From assembly GCA_018672055.1 (NCBI GenBank), contig JABHGM010000001.1, forward strand, positions 200,884-264,883: a DNA stretch of 64,000 nucleotides, in the 5' to 3' direction. The first letter of the stretch is position 1. Each line of letters opens with the position of its first letter. This DNA comes from a bacterium (GTDB lineage Bacteria > Patescibacteriota > Patescibacteriia > UBA1558 > UBA10009). Under the pieces are notes generated by a model. It worked only from the letters and a program-made list of their open reading frames with translations, searched no databases and was not told where the DNA came from. A program made the position numbers and the translations under genes. This document shows, piece by piece, positions 19,991-29,281 of the stretch.

Positions 19991-20685
19991 GTTGCCAAGA
20001 AATCAATTACATGTTAATTTTAAATTATAAAACGTACTTTAATTATATGGTTTAATAGAGGGATTCTCTAATTGATACTAGTGTTTACTGATCGCTAGTT
20101 GTTTCTATACTCCGATACTGAAACAATATCATAGAGTTTTTAGTTAAACCATGGTTGGCTGGTTTTTGGTTGAATAGTGCTATTAAATACTCATGGTCAT
20201 AGACTTTCTCCTTAACCGGGTTATTTATAGCAATATGTGTTACCAGTCAACCAATTTCAGTGCCTTGCAATTAGTGAGGCACTTTTTATTTGCATTAATT
20301 TTATTCATCTGTTAGTATTTATTTAGTTAAATATGGAGGTATAATTATGGCTAAAATAAGCTTTGGTCAATCTAAATTGATTAAGCTGACTTACCCAAAG
20401 TTAAACAAATTTAATCAATTTAGATTAAAGATTTAGTAATCCTTCCTTGACAGCTTCTGTCAAAATGATATCTATGGCGTACATTAGATACCGAATTCAA
20501 ATAAATCAACTAAATCAATATGAATAAACCAAAATAGTATTTAAACCAATTAAATCTATTTAAGACTAAAAGCTTACTCTGGTAACATCGAATCGCTTTC
20601 GATAGTTACCAGTTTTTTTATACCTTTTTGACAAAATTATATATTATGGTAGTATAAGCTTTACTTAATAAATAATTAAATTAAT

Positions 20686-21966
20686 ATGAATGTAGAAAAA
20701 AAAGAGTTAGATAAATCACAAATTGAATTAAATATAGAGGTATCGCTGGATGAATTAAAACCATTTCTAGAAAAAGGTGCTATTAGCTTAAGTACTAAGA
20801 ACAAAATAGAAGGTTTTAGACCTGGTAAAGCACCATTTGATATTGTTAAACAAAGACTTGGTGAAATGGCAATTTATCAAGAAGCTTTAGATAGTGTAGT
20901 CTCACATTTTTACTTTGAAGCAGTAAAACAAGAAAAAATTGATACTATTGGTCAACCCAAGATAGATATAGAAAAAGTAGCTCCTGGTAACCCTATCATT
21001 TTTAAAGCACAAGTAGCTTTAACTCCAAAGGTAACACTTGGAGATTATAAGAGTGTTAAAGTAAAGATGGCTAAAGTTGAAGTTGATGCTAAAGCCATAG
21101 AGAAAGTAATAGATGATTTAAAAAAGATGCAAGCCAAAGAAGTGATCTCATTAGAACCAATTAAAAAAGGTGATAAAGTTGAAGTAGATTTTAATGTATC
21201 ACTTGATAAAGTAGCAGTAGATGGTGGTCAAGGTAAAAAGTATCCATTAATTGTTGGTGACAATGTTATGTTACCTGGCTTTGAAGATAATTTAATTGGT
21301 ATGAATAAGAATGAGGAAAAGAAGTTTCAATTAAAATTTCCAGAAGAATATCAAAATAAGATGGTAGCTGGTAAGTTATGTGACTTTGAAGTTAAGGTTT
21401 TAGAAGTATTTAAAAGAGAATTACCAGAAGCAAATGATGAATGGGCTAAAACTGTTGGAGCTAAAGATATAAAAGATTTAAATGAAAAGATTAAAAGTAA
21501 TTTAGAACAAGAAAAGAAGTTCCAAGAGGAACAAAGAGTAGAAATTGAAATATTAACAGCTATAGTTAAGAAAACTGAGTATAGTGAAATACCAGAAGTT
21601 CTAATTCATAATGAAACACATAGAATGTTACATGAATTTGAAGATGGTATAACTAAGCAAGGTATTCCATTTGATGAATATTTAAAGAATATAAAGAAAG
21701 AAAGAAAAGATTTAGAAAATGAGTTCAAAGATAAGGCAGAAGAACGTGTTAAAACATCACTTGTTATTAAAGAGATGTCAGATAAAGAAAAGTTTACAGC
21801 TAGTGACGAAGAACTTAAAAAAGAAACTGATAGAATATTAGAAACTGTTAAAGATAATAAAGAAGCGCAAGACAGCATACAAAGTAATGGTTATCAAGAA
21901 TATCTAAGAACAATTATAAAGAATAAAAAGGTAGTAGAAATGCTTAAAAAAGAATGTATTGGATAA
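20686..21966 (+). CDS. tig: Trigger factor
   Basis: 426 aa with the GFRPGKAP ribosome-binding signature and a PPIase middle domain. Confidence 0.85.
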   Translation: MNVEKKELDKSQIELNIEVSLDELKPFLEKGAISLSTKNKIEGFRPGKAPFDIVKQRLGEMAIYQEALDSVVSHFYFEAVKQEKIDTIGQPKIDIEKVAPGNPIIFKAQVALTPKVTLGDYKSVKVKMAKVEVDAKAIEKVIDDLKKMQAKEVISLEPIKKGDKVEVDFNVSLDKVAVDGGQGKKYPLIVGDNVMLPGFEDNLIGMNKNEEKKFQLKFPEEYQNKMVAGKLCDFEVKVLEVFKRELPEANDEWAKTVGAKDIKDLNEKIKSNLEQEKKFQEEQRVEIEILTAIVKKTEYSEIPEVLIHNETHRMLHEFEDGITKQGIPFDEYLKNIKKERKDLENEFKDKAEERVKTSLVIKEMSDKEKFTASDEELKKETDRILETVKDNKEAQDSIQSNGYQEYLRTIIKNKKVVEMLKKECIG

Positions 21967-21985
21967 AATAGTATAATATATAAGA

Positions 21986-22010
21986 AAAAGGGACTAATAG
22001 TCCCTTTTTT
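21986..22010 (+). terminator. tig terminator
   Basis: aagggacta-ata-gtccctt hairpin followed by TTTTT. Confidence 0.6.
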
Positions 22011-22024
22011 GATATAATTAACTT

Positions 22025-22870
22025 ATGAAAATAGGCGCACATGTATCTATTGCCGGTGGTATTGATAAAGCTCCAGGTAATGCTAAAGAAATTAAAGCTG
22101 AAGTGTTTCAGATTTTTTCACGTTCTCCAAGAGGTGGTCCAGCTCCTATACTTACTAAAGAATTAGTTAAGTCTTTTAAAGATTCTATGAAGGAGAATAA
22201 TATATCAGCAGGATACATTCATACACCTTACTATATTAACTTAGCATCTATTAAAGACAGGATAAGAAATGGTTCTATTGAAGTAATACGTGATGATCTA
22301 GAAAGAGCTTCTATACTTGGTATACCATATATTATGACTCATTTAGGTAGTGCTAATGATTTGCCAAGGGATAAAGCTATTAAACAAGTAACAGCTGGTA
22401 TTTCTAAGATTATGAAAGGATACAAAGGCAGTGCTATGTTCCTTGTAGAAAACTCAGCTGGTTCAGGTAATATAATAGGTGATAGGTTTGAAGAAATAAA
22501 TGAAATAATAAGTAAATTACCAAAAAAATATAAAAAAAAGATAGGCGTTTGTTTAGATACTTGTCATGCTTTTGCAAGCGGGTATGATTTAAGAGATAAA
22601 AAATCAGTTGAAAAGACATTAAATGAGTTTAATAAGCATATTGGATTAAAATTACTTAAATTAATTCATTTAAATGATTCAAAAACAGATTTAGGAGGAA
22701 AAGTAGATAGGCATGAAAATATTGGTAAAGGCAAAATAGGTTTAAATGGCTTAACTGCTTTTGTAAATCATCCTAAACTTAAAAATATGCCCATGGTACT
22801 TGAAACACCCATGGATGATTTAGGTGGTCATACTAAGGATATAAAATTAATTAAAAAAATTAGAAAATAA
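22025..22870 (+). CDS. nfo: Deoxyribonuclease IV (endonuclease IV, AP endonuclease family 2)
   Basis: MKIGAHVSIAGG at the N-terminus, and HLNDSK and CLDTCHAF motifs. Confidence 0.85.
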   Translation: MKIGAHVSIAGGIDKAPGNAKEIKAEVFQIFSRSPRGGPAPILTKELVKSFKDSMKENNISAGYIHTPYYINLASIKDRIRNGSIEVIRDDLERASILGIPYIMTHLGSANDLPRDKAIKQVTAGISKIMKGYKGSAMFLVENSAGSGNIIGDRFEEINEIISKLPKKYKKKIGVCLDTCHAFASGYDLRDKKSVEKTLNEFNKHIGLKLLKLIHLNDSKTDLGGKVDRHENIGKGKIGLNGLTAFVNHPKLKNMPMVLETPMDDLGGHTKDIKLIKKIRK

Positions 22871-23475
22871 TGACTATTGGTATTTATTTAATAATTTTAG
22901 TAATACTTGGCTATTTAACGGTTAATATTAGAGAAAGTTACTTAGATATATTTTGGATGAAACCACTTACTTATTTAGGTATATTTATTCATGAGGCAGC
23001 ACACGCCATTGGTTGTTATGCAACAGGTGGCAAGGTGGTTAGAATGAATGTTAGTTCTCGAGCAGGAAGCGTGGAACATTACAAACCTAAGATACCTATA
23101 CTTGGTCCAATTATTGTATCAATTGCTCCGCTTATTATCGGTATTTTATTTATTGGTTTACTTAACAAGGTATTACTAGCCAATGCTATTAGTTTAGATT
23201 CAATTAATATATGGGATAATATATTAGAAATATTTAATTCATTTAATTTTCTAACTTGGCAAACTTGGTTATTAATAGTATTCTTCTTAAATATAGGTGT
23301 TATTATTGGTCCTTCAGTTCAAGACTTAAAGAATATAGCTTTACCTGTTATCGCCTCTTTTTTTATAACAAGTCCTGAATTAGAAATAGTTTTAGCTTTT
23401 AGTATAGCTTTAGTAATAATTAATTTAAGTTTATTTATATTAATTTGGTTAATTAAATCATTTTTTAGATTATGA
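22870..23475 (+). CDS. Hypothetical membrane protein with HExxH (putative intramembrane zinc metalloprotease-like)
   Basis: 201 aa, multi-TM, with FIHEAAHAIGCY. Confidence 0.35.
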   Translation: MTIGIYLIILVILGYLTVNIRESYLDIFWMKPLTYLGIFIHEAAHAIGCYATGGKVVRMNVSSRAGSVEHYKPKIPILGPIIVSIAPLIIGILFIGLLNKVLLANAISLDSINIWDNILEIFNSFNFLTWQTWLLIVFFLNIGVIIGPSVQDLKNIALPVIASFFITSPELEIVLAFSIALVIINLSLFILIWLIKSFFRL

Positions 23476-24134
23476 GTAACAACATTTTATTTATATTAAT
23501 GACTTTAACTTCGCTTAGTTTTGTTTTAATTGCTTTTAGACTAGGTAGGGTTTGGTTAATTAGTTTAATAGCAGTTAACGTGGTAATCATGAATATATTT
23601 GTTATTAAAGGCATGTATTTATTTGGTCTAGCTGGTACTGGAGGCAATGTATTATATGCTTCTATTTTTTTAGCTACAGATATATTATCTGAACATTATG
23701 GTAAGCAAGAAGCAATGAAAGCTGTTAGAGTTGGTTTTTTTGTATCAATATTTTTCTTAGTTATGTCTCAGTTTATTATTTTATTCAAACCAGCAGATTA
23801 TGATATAGCTCAGAGTTCTTTACTTACTCTTTTTACTCTAACTCCACGTATTGTCTTAGGCTCTATGATGGCTTACTTAGTATCACAACATATAGATGTT
23901 TGGTTATTTGATAAGATTAAAAGTAAAACACAAGGTAAACATTTATGGTTAAGAAATAATGGTTCAACCTTTGTATCACAATTTATTGACTCAGTAATAT
24001 TTACTTCTATTGCTTTTATAGGTATTTATCCAATTATTCCATTAATATTTTTCACTTATTTAATTAAATTAGTTGTAGCTGTTATTGATACGCCATTTAT
24101 GTACTTATCTAAAAAAATTAAACATGGAAATTAG
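23472..24134 (+). CDS. YhhQ/queuosine-precursor transporter family (DUF165) membrane protein
   Basis: 220 aa, multi-TM. GNVLYASIFLATDILSEHYGK and FIDSVIFTSIAF motifs. Confidence 0.55.
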   Translation: MSNNILFILMTLTSLSFVLIAFRLGRVWLISLIAVNVVIMNIFVIKGMYLFGLAGTGGNVLYASIFLATDILSEHYGKQEAMKAVRVGFFVSIFFLVMSQFIILFKPADYDIAQSSLLTLFTLTPRIVLGSMMAYLVSQHIDVWLFDKIKSKTQGKHLWLRNNGSTFVSQFIDSVIFTSIAFIGIYPIIPLIFFTYLIKLVVAVIDTPFMYLSKKIKHGN

Positions 24135-24684
24135 TAAAGAACAAATTAAAGAGATAGAAAAGTTTGCTAAATCTAAATTACACTCAGTACATTTGCAACA
24201 TACTTTAGAATCTAGAGATGTTGCTAAGAAATTAGCTCGTTTAGAAAAAGCTGATTGGGCAATTGTTGAAGTTGCAGTATTACTACACGATATTGCTAAA
24301 GGCAAGAAACTCCATGCTGAAGTTGGAGCTGAAATGGCTAGAAAGTTTTTAACCACTAAGCAGTATGACCAAAGATTTATTGAAGAAGTTGTTTATTGTA
24401 TTTTAGTACATGAAGATTTGGATGATGATCAGAAGAATTTAGTTAGGACTAAAGAAGCTATTGTGGTATATGATTCTGAAAAGATTCAGAAGATTTCAGC
24501 GTTTGGTATTATTAAATATATTTGTGGTCATAATGATAATTTTAAGGATAATTATGAACAAACTACATTAAAGATGTATCAGTCATTAAAGAGAAAATAT
24601 GATCGTATTATATCAAAACAAGGTAAAGAAATGGCAAGCGATGGGTTTAAGTTTATTAAAGAGTATTTTAAAGAATTAAAATAA
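24124..24684 (+). CDS. HD-domain hydrolase
   Basis: H...LLHDIAKG...H motif. The start is moved to the ATG at 24124 (MEISKEQIK), because the track start 24085 overlaps the upstream gene. Confidence 0.5.
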   Translation: MEISKEQIKEIEKFAKSKLHSVHLQHTLESRDVAKKLARLEKADWAIVEVAVLLHDIAKGKKLHAEVGAEMARKFLTTKQYDQRFIEEVVYCILVHEDLDDDQKNLVRTKEAIVVYDSEKIQKISAFGIIKYICGHNDNFKDNYEQTTLKMYQSLKRKYDRIISKQGKEMASDGFKFIKEYFKELK

Positions 24685-25562
24685 TGGAAAAAAGATACAA
24701 AGGCTATTTATTAACCGCTATTGGTATATCATTCGGAGCCCTGGCTTCTGTTTCAACAAAATATGTTATGGATGCATCGAATATTGAAACAGTTGCTTTT
24801 TACTGGTTCTTTTTTGCTTTAATTTGGGCAAGTATTATTTCTTTATATAAAAAAAGGTATCAAACTGTTATACCTGCTATTAAAAAGCAACCTAAGATTT
24901 GGTTGCTACTTGCCTCTTTCTTTTTAATCTCATATCCTGCTTGGCTTTATTCAATAAAAATAATAGGTCCAGTAAATACAGATTTTGTTACATTAATAGG
25001 CGTTCTTTATATGACAGGCTTGGGTGTAATTATTTTAAAAGAGAAGTTTAATTTATTTGAAACATTTGGGGCTATCCTGGCTATACTTGGTTTATTGATT
25101 ATTACATTTAACCCTGTAGAAAATTTAGAATTTAAAGTAATATTTATTTTAATCTCTACACTTATATTCAATACTACACGGTTTATTGTAAAAAGAACTA
25201 TTCATAAGGTAGAACCCATTGTTTTTGTTTTAGTTAGGAATATTTATGGTTTAATAGTTATTAGTATATATACATTTGTATTTGGTAATTTTATTCTATT
25301 AGAAGGTAAATATTTAGTCTTAGCTATGATAGTTCCATTATTTAGTACTGTCTTACAGCATTTACTTATGTTCCAAGCCTACAAATATGCTGATTTTAGT
25401 AAACTTGCTATAATAGTAGCGCTTTCCCCATTTATGGTAATTATTTATTCCTATTTCATATGGGGTTATATTCCATATAGCTATCAATTAATTGGTGGAA
25501 CATTAATAGTGCTAGGAGTAATTATGTTAAAGTTTAAAAGAAATAAAAGGATAAATATATGA
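24684..25562 (+). CDS. EamA/DMT-family transporter
   Basis: 292 aa with about 10 TM segments and a two-repeat organisation. Confidence 0.55.
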   Translation: MEKRYKGYLLTAIGISFGALASVSTKYVMDASNIETVAFYWFFFALIWASIISLYKKRYQTVIPAIKKQPKIWLLLASFFLISYPAWLYSIKIIGPVNTDFVTLIGVLYMTGLGVIILKEKFNLFETFGAILAILGLLIITFNPVENLEFKVIFILISTLIFNTTRFIVKRTIHKVEPIVFVLVRNIYGLIVISIYTFVFGNFILLEGKYLVLAMIVPLFSTVLQHLLMFQAYKYADFSKLAIIVALSPFMVIIYSYFIWGYIPYSYQLIGGTLIVLGVIMLKFKRNKRINI

Positions 25563-26059
25563 AAATAGGTATTATGGCAGATACTCATGATAATATGGTA
25601 AATATGGAAAAAGCCATTGATTGGCTTAATAAAAATGAAGTAACTGAATTAATCCATTGTGGTGATTTATGCGCTCCTTCTATTTTAAAGAATATTTTAG
25701 GCCCTAAATTTAAAGGCAAAATACATATGGTTTTTGGTAATGTTGAAGACAGAGAAAATACTCCTTTATTAGCTAAAGATTTTAAACAAATAACTCATTA
25801 TGGAGATATGGGTGAGATTGAAATAGATAATATAAAAATTGGCATTGTTCATTACCCAGACGAAGGTAAGAAATTAGCAGAAACTCAAAAATATGATTTA
25901 GTATTTTATGGTCATAATCATAAGCCTTGGGAAGAGGCTGTTGGTAAGACTCAACTTATAAATCCAGGTACTTTAGCTGGACTTTTTAATAAAGCAACGT
26001 TTGCTGTTTATGATACTGAGAATAACAAGCTGGAACTTAAGATACTTGAGTTAATATAA
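25559..26059 (+). CDS. YfcE/MJ0936-type metallophosphoesterase
   Basis: MKIGIMADTHDN, GDLCAP, GNVED and GHNHKPW motifs. Confidence 0.7.
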   Translation: MKIGIMADTHDNMVNMEKAIDWLNKNEVTELIHCGDLCAPSILKNILGPKFKGKIHMVFGNVEDRENTPLLAKDFKQITHYGDMGEIEIDNIKIGIVHYPDEGKKLAETQKYDLVFYGHNHKPWEEAVGKTQLINPGTLAGLFNKATFAVYDTENNKLELKILELI

Positions 26060-26074
26060 TTTAATAAATAAAAA

Positions 26075-26097
26075 AAGGCGAAATGTGTTCGCCTTTT
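26075..26097. terminator. Bidirectional terminator between convergent genes
   Basis: aaggcgaa-atgtg-ttcgcctt hairpin with an A-run before it and a T-run after it. Confidence 0.65.
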
Positions 26098-26114
26098 TGA
26101 ATTTATAAATTAAT

Positions 26115-26756
26115 TTATTCATAAATTTGTTTAAAACTCCCCCAACTTTTAAATTCAGTACCATCAGGTAATGCTGAATTATGATGCGGGGTTTGGACTA
26201 CTGTTCCGTATTCAGGGAGAAGATAATATATTTGTCCTTTAGCTTCTACTTTGAGAACTGGGTCTCCGGCTTTAATAAAATAACTTCCTTCAATTTGGTC
26301 TGATTTTAAATAGACTCGGTAATAATCTGTATTACAAATTGTAATAACTTTCTTATTTATTTCTTTAGTAGATTTAATCTCACCACAAATAGCATCAGTT
26401 ATTTGGTTAGGTTCGCATGGCAAATATTTTGACATATCACCTCTCCAGAATTCTCGCGCAGGCCTAATTAATTTTGCTCTTTTTTCTAAAAGTGTTAACC
26501 TATTATCTAGAATATCTTTATAATTGGACATTTCCCTTTTTAGTTTATTAATCTCTTCAGTTTTTTTATCCATTTCTACTGAATGATTATTTTTATCATT
26601 TCTAACATAAATCCAGTTACTACCCAGCATTACACATATGATAATTACTATTGATGGGCAGGCCCAATTGATTTGAGGATTATTAGAACCGTGAAGTAAC
26701 ATTAATATTATAATAAATGTTATCCCTACGCCTAATATCATATTATTATGATTCAT
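26115..26756 (-). CDS. Hypothetical membrane-anchored protein (2 TM, coiled coil, C-terminal beta-rich domain)
   Basis: 213 aa; no family recognised. Confidence 0.4.
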   Translation of the reverse strand: MNHNNMILGVGITFIIILMLLHGSNNPQINWACPSIVIIICVMLGSNWIYVRNDKNNHSVEMDKKTEEINKLKREMSNYKDILDNRLTLLEKRAKLIRPAREFWRGDMSKYLPCEPNQITDAICGEIKSTKEINKKVITICNTDYYRVYLKSDQIEGSYFIKAGDPVLKVEAKGQIYYLLPEYGTVVQTPHHNSALPDGTEFKSWGSFKQIYE

Positions 26757-26896
26757 TATTTCCCTTTTTCCTTATTTTTAGTATGTTCGATAATAGAGAA
26801 GTATAATTTAAAAAAGCAATTTTGTCAATAATAGATATAATTTGGTGAATAAAAAAAGAGCGAATTCTTTCGCTCTTTCGAATTTAAAGTACCTGG

Positions 26897-27460
26897 TTAT
26901 TTAACCGTGTCTTTTAAATATAATTCTTTCCATTCCTCTTTATATGAACCATAAAGAACTTTAAGATTATAATTATCTTCCATCTCATGCTTAAATAATT
27001 TCCTTATTTCTTCAGAGAAATATTCGTCATGAATAAGATCAGGGAAATTAGATTCATCAATCCAACAATTAAACATGCCAGTATAATGTGGATAGCCATA
27101 TTCTTTTAACTCCTGTAGAAATAATTCATTATCACAAGAATCATCCAAATTATCTGCTATTGGTGAAGATCTATACAGAACTGTGAGATCTATTTGGCGT
27201 ACGTAGTTATATGAGTCGTATTTCTCATCTATGGCTGATCCGAGTTGTGAATCCAGACTATCATTCGAAATGTATTCTTTTATCTGAGATGTTAATTCAG
27301 AAGCAGTATCTATATATACTCCTAGGATCGTTTCAATATTATTACCAGCAGCATTTCTCATTGATCTAAAGTCTTGAGGCTTATCGTTTTTGCTAACACA
27401 TAGTAATGAGAATATTATCATTAAGATAACTAATAAATTATTTCTTGTTGATGAAAACAT
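26897..27460 (-). CDS. Hypothetical secreted protein
   Basis: 187 aa with an N-terminal signal peptide MFSSTRNNLLVILMIIFSLLCVS. It has its own terminator at 26857-26880. Confidence 0.4.
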   Translation of the reverse strand: MFSSTRNNLLVILMIIFSLLCVSKNDKPQDFRSMRNAAGNNIETILGVYIDTASELTSQIKEYISNDSLDSQLGSAIDEKYDSYNYVRQIDLTVLYRSSPIADNLDDSCDNELFLQELKEYGYPHYTGMFNCWIDESNFPDLIHDEYFSEEIRKLFKHEMEDNYNLKVLYGSYKEEWKELYLKDTVK

Positions 27461-27527
27461 TGTTTCGTCTCCTTTGGTTGTTTGATATGTTCAATGTAAT
27501 GTAGTAGTATAGTATAGATAACTAACA

Positions 27528-28331
27528 TTGTCAACACTTATGAATTTTACTAAAGAAAAAAAAGTAGCAGAAGTAGCAGCACGTATGGCTGGTAAATATT
27601 TAGAGAATAATTTTTCTAAAGTTTCTAGATCTAGAAACTTTAAATTAAAATCTAAAGATCAAATACAAACACCATTAGACAAAGGAGCTGAGAAGATTAT
27701 AATAAACGAAATTAAAAAACATTTTCCAACACATAGGATATATAGTGAAGAAATAGGTGATAATTTAAAAAACTCTGATTATTATTGGATAATTGATCCA
27801 TTAGATGGAACTACTAATTATACAATGCATTTACCTACTTACGGCGTAGCTATTGGTTTAGCATATAAAGAAAAAATGGTTTTAGGCATTACTTATGTGC
27901 CAGTACTTAAAGAATTAACAGTAGCCGAGCTTGGTAAAGGAGCTTTTATTAATAATAAAAGGTTAAGAGTTTCTAAACGTAAGAAAATAAGTGATTCCAT
28001 ATTAATATTCTGTCATGGAAGTTTAGTTAAAGATATGAAACGAGCTATTAAGCTATATAAAGCATTTAAACTTAAAACATTAGATCTTAGACAAATAGGT
28101 TCAGCTGTAGTTGAATTTCAAATAATGGCTATGGGCAGAGTTGAAGCCGTTATGTTACCTGGAGGTAATTTACATGATGTAGCTACCGGAGCTTTAATAG
28201 TTAAAGAAGCGGGCGGCAAGGTAACTGATTTTAATAATAAAGAATGGACTATTTATTCAAAAGATATTTTAGTTTCAAATGGTTTAGTCCATAATCAAGT
28301 TTTAAAAATAATAAAGCAGAGTTTAAAATGA
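27528..28331 (+). CDS. suhB: Inositol monophosphatase family protein
   Basis: WIIDPLDGTTNY and metal-binding motifs. Confidence 0.8.
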   Translation: MSTLMNFTKEKKVAEVAARMAGKYLENNFSKVSRSRNFKLKSKDQIQTPLDKGAEKIIINEIKKHFPTHRIYSEEIGDNLKNSDYYWIIDPLDGTTNYTMHLPTYGVAIGLAYKEKMVLGITYVPVLKELTVAELGKGAFINNKRLRVSKRKKISDSILIFCHGSLVKDMKRAIKLYKAFKLKTLDLRQIGSAVVEFQIMAMGRVEAVMLPGGNLHDVATGALIVKEAGGKVTDFNNKEWTIYSKDILVSNGLVHNQVLKIIKQSLK

Positions 28332-28564
28332 AGATTAAAGTAAAAGTAGTTCCTAATTCTTCTAAGGCTGAAATTATTGAATTAAAAGAGAATAGTTTTA
28401 AGATAAAAGTAAAAGCAGCTCCTGTTAAAAATATGGCCAACATTGAATTGATTAAAATAATTAGTAAATATTTTAAAGTAAGTAAAAGTGAAGTAAATAT
28501 AGTTAAGGGATTAAGAAAGAAGAGCAAAGTAGTAGAAATTGACAATAATTTTAAAATATTATAA
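28328..28564 (+). CDS. DUF167/YggU (UPF0235) family protein
   Basis: 78 aa; KVKVVPNSSK...IKVKAAPVKNMAN..LIK...S...V..G matches the family pattern. Confidence 0.6.
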   Translation: MKIKVKVVPNSSKAEIIELKENSFKIKVKAAPVKNMANIELIKIISKYFKVSKSEVNIVKGLRKKSKVVEIDNNFKIL

Positions 28565-28570
28565 TATAGT

Positions 28571-28858
28571 TTGAACATAATAAAAGGAGAAAGTATTTTG
28601 AAAACAAAAAAACCTTTAATTTTAGGTGTAGTTCGTGAATATGACGAGATAGAGTGTCCAGAATGCCATAGGCGAGTTATAATATTTAGGCGTAATAATG
28701 AGCTTCAATATAAATTACATGGTACTAAGAGTAAGAAGAGCTTTTGCAAATTAAGTTTCGCTCCAATTTCAAACGTACATATAAACATAAAGATAGGAGA
28801 AGGTGGTGGGGAAAAAAGAAAAAAACCTAATAATGGCCTCCTCTTCCAATATTCATAA
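28571..28858 (+). CDS. Small zinc-ribbon-containing hypothetical protein (possibly the 5' part of a frameshifted gene)
   Basis: Contains CPEC...C. Its 3' end overlaps the next ORF across an A/G homopolymer tract. Confidence 0.3.
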   Translation: MNIIKGESILKTKKPLILGVVREYDEIECPECHRRVIIFRRNNELQYKLHGTKSKKSFCKLSFAPISNVHINIKIGEGGGEKRKKPNNGLLFQYS

Positions 28859-29006
28859 AGAGGGTGATAAAGTAAAATGTCCAGGGTGTTATGAGGAAAG
28901 TGTAATTGTCATGATTAACAATATATTATGTATAGATGGTCATTTTGCACCTTATTGTGGTGAAGTATGCGAAAAATCACAAAGTCCAATAAAAGAGCTA
29001 AACTGA
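28803..29006 (+). CDS. Small zinc-ribbon hypothetical protein (possibly the 3' part of a frameshifted gene)
   Basis: Contains CPGC...C..C. In a +1 frame relative to the previous ORF. Confidence 0.3.
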   Translation: MVGKKEKNLIMASSSNIHKEGDKVKCPGCYEESVIVMINNILCIDGHFAPYCGEVCEKSQSPIKELN

Positions 29007-29038
29007 GGCCTAAAGCTTCAGTTTTTTATTAAAAAACC

Positions 29039-29066
29039 TTTACAAATCATGTCTATTTGTTATAAT
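29039..29066 (+). promoter_or_regulatory. Promoter for the tRNA-Gly/tRNA-Leu pair
   Basis: TTTACA at 29039-44, a 16-nt spacer, and TATAAT at 29061-66, about 18 nt before the tRNA. Confidence 0.5.
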
Positions 29067-29083
29067 CGCTTACATGAAAATAG

Positions 29084-29160
29084 GCGAGTGTAGTTCAGTT
29101 GGCTAGAACGTTTCCTTGCCAAGGAAAAGGTCGCCGGTTCGAATCCGGTCACTCGCTCCA
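29084..29160 (+). tRNA. tRNA-Gly (anticodon GCC), CCA encoded
   Basis: GCGAGTGTAGTTCAGTTGGCTAGAACGTTTCCTTGCCAAGGAAA...GGTTCGAATCC...CTCCA; anticodon loop TTGCCAA. Confidence 0.85.
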
Positions 29161-29246
29161 GCCGTGGTGGCGGAACTGGTAGACGCGCTGGACTTAAAAT
29201 CCAGTGAGCTTTGCTCGTGAGAGTTCGAGTCTCTCCCGCGGCACCA
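29161..29246 (+). tRNA. tRNA-Leu (anticodon TAA), long variable arm, CCA encoded
   Basis: GCCGTGGTGGCGGAACTGGTAGACGCGCTGGACTTAAAATCCAG...GGCACCA. It abuts tRNA-Gly with no spacer. Confidence 0.85.
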
Positions 29247-29248
29247 AA

Positions 29249-29281
29249 AGAACAACTTTATATTAAAGTTGTTCTTTTATT
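29249..29281 (+). terminator. Terminator of the tRNA pair
   Basis: agaacaacttt-atatt-aaagttgttct hairpin followed by TTTTAT. Confidence 0.65.

Noticed and set aside
19991-20685. tmRNA, SRP RNA or RNase P RNA in the hppA-tig spacer
   Set aside because: No tRNA-like T-arm (GGTTCGANTCC), no SRP domain-IV GGAA/AGCAG motif, and no P4 AGGAAAGUCC or ACAGAA motifs were found by eye; left as an unclassified ncRNA candidate.
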